Position numbers and translations under genes: made by a program. This document shows positions 31,759 to 39,856 of a stretch of DNA of 44,368 nt, piece by piece. Within the stretch, counting starts at the first letter, position 1, and every line of letters starts with the position of its first letter. The stretch lies in IMG/VR virus record IMGVR_UViG_2541047889_000001; one strand, given 5' to 3'. The stretch comes from a virus. Its lineage: Duplodnaviria; Heunggongvirae; Uroviricota; Caudoviricetes. The notes under the pieces are model-generated. The model had not been told where the DNA came from and did not search any database. It saw only the letters and a list, made by a program, of their open reading frames with translations.

Positions 31759-33285
31759 TCAAAAATAAACCTCACCATCAACCATATATTTAAGAGTACT
31801 TATCGCCTGCTGGGCGGATATTACTTTCATTAAAGGATAGTGTTTAAAAACAATGCCATTCATAAAATAGATATCACAGGTTTTATTATCTGTATTAATT
31901 ATAATTTTTTCGAATATTTTATAGGCAAGTGTACGACATAGCTCTCGCCCATTTTTACTGGTTAAATCAATAGCATGAAAATCACCAAGTGAACTCACCC
32001 CTTTACTCTTCAAAGTTTTTAATGATACCGAAGCCCTTCGTAATTCCTTATCTAATAGTCTTATTTTCTCTGCTATAGCGGTAACTTCAGGCGCGACAGA
32101 CAATGCAACGATTAAATTATTAATTTTCATCTGAAGCTCAATAATTTTTAACTCTAAAGTTTCATTAGCATCTTTCTTGTTTTCAACTGGTTGAATTTTG
32201 CTACAATTAAAAAGCAATTCATTAATGATATTATAATCAACCAAATCTCTTTTTATTGATGGCCTGTCACATCGATGTAATCTTCTCATCGGACAAACAT
32301 AATAGCCATGCAAACGTCCAGATACCGCATGAACAATCATGGTATTACCACAAGCCTCACACTTCATAACTGTTCGAAGTAGATTTATTAGCATAGGATT
32401 CTTGCTACTATTGCTAATACCAAAAGGTGCCAACCGAATTTCCTGTACAGCGTAAAACAAATCATCTGATATGACTCTGGGATAATAGCCAGCGATTTCA
32501 CTTATCCCTTTCCCTCTTGCACGATATGAAGGTACGCATATACCTATCAGAGCTTTATTCGCTAATAATTTTTCAATTACAGAAGGCCCCCATGCACTTT
32601 CTTTTCCTGAAAAATTTTTTACAGCATGATCATTTAAATACTTAGCTATTGCATTCAATGATCGCCTTTCCATCCTGAGTTTAAAAATTAGCTCAATCGT
32701 TTTCACCCTGTCGGGGTCTGGAATAAAAGCTGTTCTTTTGTCATCCAATGAGAGCCATCTCGGACAAGACGCCGTCATAATCGTGCCTGATTCCAGTGCA
32801 TCCTGCCGTTTTTTCTTCCATGATAATTTAACCCGACTTGACTTTATCTCGCTTTCTTCATTTGCCCTTTGTGCTATAAGTATGGCTTTTATTAATGAAT
32901 ATGGCTCATTCAATGAGTCTATATTATAGACTGTATTATCGCAAAGAGTTATAACATCAATACCGTGATTCAAAATCAATTTCAGACGCTCAATCGCTTC
33001 ACCGACTTTTTCTCTTGAAAGTCTGTCCAGACTTTCAACTAACAATGTAGTCCCTGGCAATATGTAACCATGTTCTATAGCATCTAAAAATTCCGAAAAA
33101 GCTCCTGATTGTGCATGCTTTCCATTGAATGCGCTTAACCCCAAATCTTCATACGTTACGGTATCAAGGTAATAATCACTATTTACCTTTAGCCATTCAG
33201 TAATAAGCCTTCTCTGGCGGTTTAATGAATCACCAGACATCTGACCTGGTGATGAAAATCGCATATATGCTATGGCTTTTTTCAT
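31759..33285 (-). CDS. Large serine recombinase (resolvase/invertase catalytic domain plus recombinase and zinc-ribbon domains), DLP12 YbcK-like
   Basis: 508 aa; N-terminal AIAYMRFSSPGQ...SLNRQRR catalytic-serine motif; Cys-rich CEACGN...YYVCP...HRC region; coiled-coil C-terminus. Flanked by AT-rich DNA. Confidence 0.85.
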   Translation of the reverse strand: MKKAIAYMRFSSPGQMSGDSLNRQRRLITEWLKVNSDYYLDTVTYEDLGLSAFNGKHAQSGAFSEFLDAIEHGYILPGTTLLVESLDRLSREKVGEAIERLKLILNHGIDVITLCDNTVYNIDSLNEPYSLIKAILIAQRANEESEIKSSRVKLSWKKKRQDALESGTIMTASCPRWLSLDDKRTAFIPDPDRVKTIELIFKLRMERRSLNAIAKYLNDHAVKNFSGKESAWGPSVIEKLLANKALIGICVPSYRARGKGISEIAGYYPRVISDDLFYAVQEIRLAPFGISNSSKNPMLINLLRTVMKCEACGNTMIVHAVSGRLHGYYVCPMRRLHRCDRPSIKRDLVDYNIINELLFNCSKIQPVENKKDANETLELKIIELQMKINNLIVALSVAPEVTAIAEKIRLLDKELRRASVSLKTLKSKGVSSLGDFHAIDLTSKNGRELCRTLAYKIFEKIIINTDNKTCDIYFMNGIVFKHYPLMKVISAQQAISTLKYMVDGEVYF

Positions 33286-33540
33286 GGTGACACCTGCTAA
33301 AGTATGCTTTTATAAACCTTAGTGGTGAGATATGATTTTTGTTTAATTTTTATTTAAAAAGACAATTAAGGTCACATTATCTTGAATATACAACAATAAT
33401 CGTATTGCAATTTTCTTACACCATGATCTTGAAAGATCAAAAGAATGAATAAAAACTAAAGACATTAACAAAAAGCATAAAACGAGGCCCATACAAATAT
33501 ACGAACCTCCATATTTTAGTCGTTTAAAAATAAATTATTT

Positions 33541-33873
33541 TTAATGTGGTGTGCTTCGTGACAATAAATTAATAACCAACACACCGGCACAAATCAACAT
33601 CATGCCTATAATGGCTGGCAGGTCCAACCGTTGGCCGAAAAATCCCCATGATAGTAAGCTAATCAGGACAATACCGACTCCTGACCAGATAGCATAAGCA
33701 ATCCCTGTAGGTATATAAGCCAGCGTCTGAGCTAATAACCAGAATGATGCACAATAACAAATAATTGTACCAACAGATGGCCATAACCGTGTAAAACCTT
33801 CTGAAAACTTCATTAAGGTTGTACCAATGACCTCTGCAAGTATTGCACCACCAAGATAAATATAAGGGTTCAT
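33541..33873 (-). CDS. emrE: Small multidrug resistance efflux protein EmrE
   Basis: Start at ATG 33873 (MNPYIYLGGAILAEVIGTTLMKFSEGFTRLWPSVGTIICYCASFWLLAQTLAYIPTGIAYAIWSG...) with AGGAAAG upstream; near-identical to E. coli EmrE from memory. Confidence 0.92.
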   Translation of the reverse strand: MNPYIYLGGAILAEVIGTTLMKFSEGFTRLWPSVGTIICYCASFWLLAQTLAYIPTGIAYAIWSGVGIVLISLLSWGFFGQRLDLPAIIGMMLICAGVLVINLLSRSTPH

Positions 33874-33940
33874 AGCATATTCTTTCCTGTTCAAACTGGA
33901 GAGAATTGTACTACAGTTTGAACTCAACTCACCTGTTTCA

Positions 33941-34243
33941 TCATTGTGTACCCATTGATGTTCTTTTATATACCCTCAATACCCGTTTCATCGCGGCACT
34001 CTGGCGACACTCCTTAAAAATCAAATTCGCGCTCACCTTTCCTTCCCGTTCTTCTCTGGTAGCGAACCGATAATACACCGTTCGCCAGACCTTACCATCA
34101 ACGACCAGGATTCCTGCCCGCGCCATTTTAGCCACAGCCTGATTTATGCTGGTTACGGTTGCGCCTGTTACCGCGGCAACGTCCTGTGCACAGAAGCTCT
34201 TATGCGTCCCCAGGTAATGAATAATTGCCTCTTTGCCCGTCAT
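33941..34243 (-). CDS. ren: Ren protein
   Basis: 100 aa, MTGKEAIIHYLGTHKSFCAQDVAAVTGATVTSINQAVAKMARAGILVVDGKVWRTVYYRFATREEREGK...; matches lambda Ren from memory. ATG overlaps the P stop (ATGA). Confidence 0.88.
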   Translation of the reverse strand: MTGKEAIIHYLGTHKSFCAQDVAAVTGATVTSINQAVAKMARAGILVVDGKVWRTVYYRFATREEREGKVSANLIFKECRQSAAMKRVLRVYKRTSMGTQ

Positions 34244-34941
34244 ACACTTGCTCCTTTCAGTCCGAACTTAGCTTTGATTTCTGCGATCTTCGCCAGAGCC
34301 TGTGCACGATTTAGAGGTCTACCGCCCATGACAGGAAGTTGTTTTACTGGTTCAGGGATCGCCTCACCACGGTTAATTCTCGCAGTCATATGGACAAGCT
34401 CATCTGCGGCCTTACGGCGTAATTCCGCATCAGTAAGCGCATTGGCCCGCATGTTCTGATACAGGTTGGTAACCAGCCAGTAGTGCGCGTTTGATTTCCA
34501 CGGATAAGACTCCGCATCCGGATACAGGCCTCGCTTCCGGCAATACTCGTAAACCATATCAACCAGCTCGCTGACGTTTGGCAGTCCGGCGATAACGGAT
34601 GCTTCTTCCCGGCACCATGCAACAAACTGCCCGGGTGATGGCAGAAATGGTCGATTCTGCCGACGGGCTACGCGCATTCCTGCGTTAACCTGTTCCATTG
34701 TGGTGATCCCGTTTTCCCGGAAAGCCAGAACCCACTGGCGGCGGATTTCATTCAGTTCGTTCTGGTCACGGTTAGCCAGACTCGCCGGGAAAGTTGCCAG
34801 TAACTGGCTGAACACACCGTTGATGATCTGCGCTACCTGCTGTACCTGCGGCTTTTCGTCGTACTGTTCCGGCATGTTGTTGGCGATCCGGCGCATCTGC
34901 TCACGGTCAAAGTTAACCATCTGTGCGGCGATGTTTTTCAT
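34240..34941 (-). CDS. P: Replication protein P (DnaB helicase loader)
   Basis: 233 aa, MKNIAAQMVNFDREQMRRIANNMPEQYDEKPQVQQVAQIINGVFSQLLATFPASLANRDQNE...; matches lambda gpP from memory. Confidence 0.95.
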   Translation of the reverse strand: MKNIAAQMVNFDREQMRRIANNMPEQYDEKPQVQQVAQIINGVFSQLLATFPASLANRDQNELNEIRRQWVLAFRENGITTMEQVNAGMRVARRQNRPFLPSPGQFVAWCREEASVIAGLPNVSELVDMVYEYCRKRGLYPDAESYPWKSNAHYWLVTNLYQNMRANALTDAELRRKAADELVHMTARINRGEAIPEPVKQLPVMGGRPLNRAQALAKIAEIKAKFGLKGASV

Positions 34942-35915
34942 AAATCCACCCCGTAAATCCAGTCAGTGTTTGTCAGGTCGAGTTTTGATTTTCCGGCTGT
35001 CACGCCAGCCTGTTGCTTGTTACGGTTGATTTCGAGTTGAGTCCACTTGTCGCGGAGTTTGGCCGGACTCAGCACGTTACCGGACCAGAAGTTGTCCTGG
35101 CATGCCCAGCGGAACAGCACGCACATGTCGCGGTGGTTACGTCCGTCACGTTCACGCATCAGGCGGATATCGTTAGCCCACCCTGCAAAATTTGGTTTTC
35201 TGGCTGATGGCGCGATGGTCTTCACCATGTCAAACATCCACTCTGCGGCGGTCAGGTCTTCTGCTGTCCCCCACTTGCTGCCGCTCTGAATTGCAGCATC
35301 CGGTTTCACCACAGGAAGATCGTTTTCTGGCTGGTCAGAGGATTCGTCAGAATTCTCGGACGAAAAAGGTTTTATATTGTCTTTTGTTAGTTTGTCTTTT
35401 GTGTTTACCTGATTCGGGTAAACGCCTTTACCTGATTTGGGTAAACTTTTCTTACCTGATTCAGGTAAATTTACCTCTTTCAGGTAAACTTTATTTTTCT
35501 TACCTGATTCAGGTAAATTTACCTCTTTCAGGTAAACTTTATTTTTCTTACCTGATTCGGGTAATGTTGACCATTCACTGACCACATTATTAATGCCGAT
35601 ATTCCGCCCGCTCTGAATAAAAATCCCACGCTTTACCAGAACACTTTTTGCAGCAGAACACTTGTGCGGCAATATCCCGGTCAACTCGGAAAGTTGCTCG
35701 TTGCTCACCCAATCCAGTTTTTTATTAAAGCCATATGTTTTGCGCATGACAGCCAGGAAGACCAGAAGCTGGTGCTGTGTTAATCCGGCCAGCATCACAG
35801 CTTCCAGCAACTCATTTGCAATGCGCGTATAACCATCATCGAGATCTGCCACGCGCGGCTCCTTTTGTGCCACATCCGGCACTGGAAAATTGAATATCTC
35901 AGCAGTGTTTGCCAT
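34938..35915 (-). CDS. O: Replication initiator O: non-lambda N-terminal iteron-binding domain, lambda-like C-terminal domain
   Basis: Start placed at ATG 35915 (MANTAEIFNFPVPD...) with a strong GGGAGG upstream; an alternative start is ATG 36005, which overlaps the upstream stop. The C-terminal half matches lambda O from memory; the ori iterons lie inside the gene. Confidence 0.88.
   Translation of the reverse strand: MANTAEIFNFPVPDVAQKEPRVADLDDGYTRIANELLEAVMLAGLTQHQLLVFLAVMRKTYGFNKKLDWVSNEQLSELTGILPHKCSAAKSVLVKRGIFIQSGRNIGINNVVSEWSTLPESGKKNKVYLKEVNLPESGKKNKVYLKEVNLPESGKKSLPKSGKGVYPNQVNTKDKLTKDNIKPFSSENSDESSDQPENDLPVVKPDAAIQSGSKWGTAEDLTAAEWMFDMVKTIAPSARKPNFAGWANDIRLMRERDGRNHRDMCVLFRWACQDNFWSGNVLSPAKLRDKWTQLEINRNKQQAGVTAGKSKLDLTNTDWIYGVDL
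35405..35565. repeat. Replication origin iterons (seven 18-bp TTACCTGATTCRGGTAAA-like repeats) within O, including a 48-bp perfect tandem duplication
   Basis: Repeats at 35405, 35428, 35452, 35471, 35500, 35519 and 35548, five with clear dyad symmetry (TACCTGA / TCAGGTA). Units 35452..35499 and 35500..35547 are identical. An AT-rich tract follows at about 35335..35404. Confidence 0.8.
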
Positions 35916-36001
35916 AATTCCTCCCGCAATGAGTGTGTTACGATTTGCACCTGAAAGTCGGTTCTGTTCGCGCAGACCGGCTTTCGCCATTTCCGAACCT
36001 G

Positions 36002-36547
36002 TCATATTGCCCCCAGCATGGTGGTGACCATCGCCATCAGTGGACCAGCCAGATCCGGGTCCACACGAAACATCGACACAATGCCTTCACTCATCTCCTT
36101 CAGTTTCTGGTGGCGTGGTGCGTTGAGAATGACAGCCTGTTTTGCCTCACTGAGTTCCTTTTCCATTTCAGCCAGCCGAGCCATGAAGCTATCCTGCTCA
36201 ACCAGGTGGCCGCGATATTCCAGCGGTAGTACCGCCAGAATTGCCGGGGTCAGTTCACGCACGTTATTTCGGTATTTTTCAGAATCGAATTTGTTATCGA
36301 GGAAGCGGAACAGCTTCTGGCGTGCACGGCTGACATCATCAGGAAAATCGATGGTGCCGCCGCCCTGCTCCCGATACTCATTCACAATGAGTGCGGCAAC
36401 AACATCCTGATTATCTGCAGCCGACCAGGCGCGAACGGCATCACGGATTTTTTCGTGGCCTGGCGCCTGTTTTGTTTGAGAACGATTTATCACCGCAGTC
36501 GGGCTAAATCCGCTAGTCTGTTGGTATGTAAGTGGTTGCATAGTCAT
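36002..36547 (-). CDS. YdaT-like protein in the cII position (Rac-type regulator)
   Basis: 181 aa; segments NEYREQGGGTIDFP and RNNVRELTPAILAVLPLEYRGHL resemble Rac YdaT as remembered. Stop overlaps the upstream ATG at 36005. Confidence 0.55.
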   Translation of the reverse strand: MTMQPLTYQQTSGFSPTAVINRSQTKQAPGHEKIRDAVRAWSAADNQDVVAALIVNEYREQGGGTIDFPDDVSRARQKLFRFLDNKFDSEKYRNNVRELTPAILAVLPLEYRGHLVEQDSFMARLAEMEKELSEAKQAVILNAPRHQKLKEMSEGIVSMFRVDPDLAGPLMAMVTTMLGAI

Positions 36548-36571
36548 TGCCTTATCAGTTAACGCCGCAGA

Positions 36572-36799
36572 TTAGGCGGCAGAATTACTCGCGTTAAACA
36601 ATGGTGCGAGGTCGGGACGAATATCTGCTGGTTTAATCTTTCCACCAGTGGCTGAGACAATTTTCATTACATAGCGGGCATCAATTCCGCCACCGTGTAG
36701 CCAACGCCAAACAGTGGGCTGGGCTACACCGCATAGATCTGCCAGTCGTTTTTGACTACCTGTAATACTGATTGCGAGTTGAATGGTTTGATTTGTCAT
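36572..36799 (-). CDS. cro: Cro-like small HTH regulator (YdaS-type)
   Basis: 75 aa, MTNQTIQLAISITGSQKRLADLCGVAQPTVWRWLHGG...; ATG at 36799 with AGGA upstream. First gene of the rightward early operon, divergent from the repressor gene. Confidence 0.7.
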   Translation of the reverse strand: MTNQTIQLAISITGSQKRLADLCGVAQPTVWRWLHGGGIDARYVMKIVSATGGKIKPADIRPDLAPLFNASNSAA

Positions 36800-36909
36800 T
36801 ATTAATTCCTATTGGTATTACAATGAATAAATAATAGCAATGCGTATTAATCATAACAATAGCAAAACGTGTTTTGACCATCAATACGCAAGCGTATAAA
36901 TTAAAACTT
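36800..36909. promoter_or_regulatory. Right operator/promoter region: divergent pR (minus) and pRM-like (plus) promoters with three operator-like sites
   Basis: Minus-strand pR: -35 TTGTTA (36859..36854), 17-bp spacer, -10 TATTAT (36836..36831). Plus-strand pRM-like: -35 TTGACC (36874..36879), -10 TATAAA (36895..36900), no Shine-Dalgarno before the cI ATG at 36910. Operator-like AATA-N8-TATT sites at 36832..36849, 36857..36873 and 36881..36898. Confidence 0.6.
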
Positions 36910-37602
36910 ATGAAAAAAGAAACTCTTGCTGATCGCTTAAACCTAGCGATGGAACAATCTGGAATGTCTCAAGGCGCTCTTGCAAAGGCGTCTGGCGTAG
37001 CTCAACCCACAATCTGGAGACTGACAAGCGGCAACGCGCGCGGCTCAACAAAAATTGTTGAAATAGCTAATGCATTGGGTGTTCGAACAGAGTGGCTCTC
37101 ATCAGGCATAGGCCCGATGAGAAATGACGGTCAACAATTAGGGAAGCCTACTGCCAACCATCCCAAATACTTCAAGATTGACGTTCTTGATATAGAAGTG
37201 AGTGCCGGGCCGGGAGTCATCAACCGTGAGTTTGTAGAAGTTCTACGCTCGGTTGAGTACTCGTTTGACGATGCTCGTCACATGTTCGATGGTAGGAAGG
37301 CAGAAAATATCCGCATCATTAACGTACGCGGTGACAGCATGTCAGGAACGATTGAACCTGGTGATCTTCTATTCGTTGATATCACGGTTAAATCTTTCGA
37401 CGGTGATGGTATCTATGCGTTTCTGTACGACGACACAGCCCATGTAAAGCGCCTGCAAATGATGAAGGATAAGCTGCTGGTTATCTCTGATAACAAAAGC
37501 TACTCACCGTGGGACCCGATCGAGAAAGATGAGATGAACCGGGTATTTATCTTCGGGAAAGTTATTGGGAGCATGCCGCAGACGTATAGGAAGCATGGAT
37601 AG
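36910..37602 (+). CDS. cI: CI-like prophage repressor (N-terminal HTH, C-terminal S24 LexA-like peptidase domain)
   Basis: Start at ATG 36910 (MKKETLADRLNLAMEQSGMSQGALAKASGVAQPTIWRL...); C-terminal VRGDSMSGTIEPGDLLFVD and a downstream Lys (HVKRL) form the Ser-Lys dyad; Ala-Gly cleavage-type site EVSAGPG. The track ORF starts at an upstream TTG. Confidence 0.85.
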   Translation: MKKETLADRLNLAMEQSGMSQGALAKASGVAQPTIWRLTSGNARGSTKIVEIANALGVRTEWLSSGIGPMRNDGQQLGKPTANHPKYFKIDVLDIEVSAGPGVINREFVEVLRSVEYSFDDARHMFDGRKAENIRIINVRGDSMSGTIEPGDLLFVDITVKSFDGDGIYAFLYDDTAHVKRLQMMKDKLLVISDNKSYSPWDPIEKDEMNRVFIFGKVIGSMPQTYRKHG

Positions 37603-37682
37603 TACCAATTAAAAATTATCAACCGGGCATTGTGCTCATTCAGTAAAACAACTTAATTATTCATTTTAGAATGGAGAACTTA

Positions 37683-38744
37683 ATGGATACTTTAAAATAT
37701 GAGAAATTCTCTGATTTTGATCACAATGACCCATTTTTTGACTCTTTAAAAAAAGATTATAAAGAGTTTCCTCTTTGGTTAGAAAAAAAAGCCAGAGAAG
37801 GAGAATCAGCTTATGTGCTCTATGATGACAAGCATAAAATCGAAGGTTTTATGTATCTAAAAGAAAATGATGATGCAAATGACATTAATCCAGCGCTCCC
37901 ACCAGGACGTCATCTAAAGATAGGAACATTCAAATTTGAATCTAAAGGCACCCTTCGCGGACAACGATTTCTAAAAAAAGCGTTTGACCATGCATTTTCA
38001 TCAAAATCTGATGATATTTATGTTACTGTTTTCGACAAACACGTCCATCTAATAAAACTTTTCCAAACGTACGGATTTTACATTCATGGTGAAAAAGAAA
38101 CACATAACGGGAAAGAGTTTGTATATGCGAGGTCTTTGCATGAGCCTTATGGTGATATTTTATTAGATTACCCTCGAATAATGACATCAAGGGCCAACAA
38201 ATATTTACTGGCGATTTATCCCGAATATCACACTAGACTATTCCCTGATTCAAAACTTGTAAATGAATCACCAGATATTGTCAAAGATATATCCCATGCT
38301 AACAGCATTCATAAAATTTACATATGTGGAATGCGTTCTGTGATGGGAATGAAAAGAGGAGATATCATTGTCATCTATAGAACCGGAGACAAAAAAGGGC
38401 CAGCTCGCTATCGTTCTGTAGCCAGTACATTATGTGTAGTTGAGAGCGTAAAAAATATTTCTGAATTTTTAAGCGAAGATAGTTTTGTAGACTATTGTAT
38501 TCGTTTTAGCGTATTTTCTGAAGATGAACTCAGAAAAATCTATAAAGAACGTCGATACCCTTTCATTATAAGATTCACATACAATCTGTCTTTGTCAAAG
38601 AGACCCAATCGTGCTATTTTAATAGATCATGTGGGGCTAAATGGTTCGCGTGCATTCCGATGGAGTCACTTTAAACTCACAAATGAGCAGTTCTTAAAGA
38701 TCATCGAGTTAGGCAAGATAAATGAAAGTTTTATTATCCATTAA
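37683..38744 (+). CDS. Hypothetical two-domain protein: N-terminal GNAT-like acetyltransferase fold, C-terminal PUA-like/unknown domain
   Basis: AT-rich gene immediately downstream of cI. ATG 37683 is preceded by GGAG; the track starts at ATG 37671, which has no Shine-Dalgarno. GNAT-like motifs LRGQRFLKKAF and LIKLFQTYGFYIHGE. Domain assignment is by eye only. Confidence 0.6.
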   Translation: MDTLKYEKFSDFDHNDPFFDSLKKDYKEFPLWLEKKAREGESAYVLYDDKHKIEGFMYLKENDDANDINPALPPGRHLKIGTFKFESKGTLRGQRFLKKAFDHAFSSKSDDIYVTVFDKHVHLIKLFQTYGFYIHGEKETHNGKEFVYARSLHEPYGDILLDYPRIMTSRANKYLLAIYPEYHTRLFPDSKLVNESPDIVKDISHANSIHKIYICGMRSVMGMKRGDIIVIYRTGDKKGPARYRSVASTLCVVESVKNISEFLSEDSFVDYCIRFSVFSEDELRKIYKERRYPFIIRFTYNLSLSKRPNRAILIDHVGLNGSRAFRWSHFKLTNEQFLKIIELGKINESFIIH

Positions 38745-39099
38745 GCCTGAGTTTGCAGAAAAAATATTGAACGGAACAAAGCGGTTCGAGTTTCGTAAAG
38801 GTATATTCAAAAATCCGCAAATTAGCACCGTTGTTATTTATGCCACGATGCCATTAGGTAAAGTTGTTGGTCAATTCCGTATTGAATCAATACTAAGTGA
38901 CGAACCGGAATCTCTTTGGAAAAAGACGGAAAAACACGCAGGTATTTCTAAGCAATTTTATGACTCATATTATTCAGGTAGAGAAAAGGCCTACGCAATA
39001 AAAATTGGTGAAGTGGAAAGATATAAAGAACCAATTCCTATCTCTGCTCTAGGTAGTAATATTAAGCCACCACAATCATATCTTTACCTACCTGCGTAA
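38722..39099 (+). CDS. ASCH-domain protein (PUA-like)
   Basis: 125 aa, MKVLLSIKPEFAEKILNGTKRFEFRKG...; canonical ASCH N-terminal pattern. Overlaps the upstream gene by 23 nt; AT-rich. Confidence 0.65.
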   Translation: MKVLLSIKPEFAEKILNGTKRFEFRKGIFKNPQISTVVIYATMPLGKVVGQFRIESILSDEPESLWKKTEKHAGISKQFYDSYYSGREKAYAIKIGEVERYKEPIPISALGSNIKPPQSYLYLPA

Positions 39100-39103
39100 G
39101 AAT

Positions 39104-39130
39104 CCCGGCCACCGTGCCGGGTTTTCTTTT
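39104..39130 (+). terminator. Rho-independent terminator after the cI-proximal cassette
   Basis: cccggc-caccgt-gccggg followed by ttttctttt on the plus strand, 5 nt after the ASCH gene stop. Confidence 0.7.
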
Positions 39131-39252
39131 GTCCCCTCATCACACAAACCGTTCGAAAAACCACCACATCCTCCCTTCAGTTATCGCTATGCGATACAAG
39201 TCACAAAATTAATTCTTTTTGCTATCAAACAGTTAATATCAAAACACATCAA

Positions 39253-39297
39253 TCAATAGCAATAAGTATTGATACAGCCAATAGCAATAGCTATTAT
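39253..39297 (+). promoter_or_regulatory. pL-like promoter with two operator-like sites (OL)
   Basis: -35 TTGATA (39269..39274), 17-bp spacer, -10 TATTAT (39292..39297). Operator-like TCAATAGCAATAAGTATTGA (39253..39272) and CAATAGCAATAGCTATTA (39279..39296) share the AATA-N8-TATT pattern with the OR sites. Confidence 0.6.
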
Positions 39298-39370
39298 CAC
39301 CATGTCGCAACAACACAACGATACGGCAATCACCTGATTCACCGTTGCGATGACCGCTTAGATCCGCAGC

Positions 39371-39781
39371 TTGAATTTCAGCAGGCTCCGGGGAGTGCGA
39401 GGGGTGAAGCGGACGCGTGAACGTCGGTGTGACCAGCTGAAATCAACTCAACACCTCATACCTCAGTCGCTTCAACGAGGCGGCTTAGTTATGACAACCG
39501 GCGGCCATCCACCGCCTGAATACGCGCAGAAGTCTCTATATGTTCAGCAGCCCAGCTTACGGGCAGGAGTTTTTATGGTTCATCAACATTACGGAACGCA
39601 GACCGTTAATCGCGGTGCGGTCATGCCAGGAATGCTGGTCAAACACAAAGATGGTACCTGGACTGCATCAGCTAATTTACGCGGACGGCTTTATCTGCAT
39701 CGCGGCATCGAGCGCACTTATACCCGTGATTTGCTCGTGGAAGTTTTTCTCGACGGACGCGGCAACGGCCTGAATCACTAA
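39371..39781 (+). CDS. Possible N-like antiterminator (Arg-rich N-terminal motif); start uncertain
   Basis: First ORF after the pL-like promoter. If translated from TTG 39371 or GTG 39404 the N-terminus contains [16 protein letters not shown], resembling the Arg-rich motif of N proteins. The first ATG is at 39491 ([11 protein letters not shown]...). Confidence 0.35.
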   Translation: MNFSRLRGVRGVKRTRERRCDQLKSTQHLIPQSLQRGGLVMTTGGHPPPEYAQKSLYVQQPSLRAGVFMVHQHYGTQTVNRGAVMPGMLVKHKDGTWTASANLRGRLYLHRGIERTYTRDLLVEVFLDGRGNGLNH

Positions 39782-39856
39782 TCCCCTTTCCTGTTTACCT
39801 AATCAGCCCGGCATTTCGCAGGCGATATTTTCACAGCCATTTTCAGGAGTTCAGCC

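Noticed and set aside
35405-35565. Short-repeat array considered as a CRISPR array
   Set aside because: Repeats are 18 bp with dyad symmetry, spacers are irregular and nearly absent, and the array lies in-frame inside O; this is an iteron-type origin.
36874-36909. Upstream TTG start extending the CI repressor by 12 codons
   Set aside because: This stretch contains the pRM-like -35 and -10 and an operator-like site; the ATG at 36910 gives a normal repressor N-terminus.
39294-39300. TATCACC, identical to a lambda operator half-site
   Set aside because: Isolated 7-mer overlapping the pL-like -10; the repressor is not lambda CI and the repeated operator pattern here is different, so treated as coincidence.
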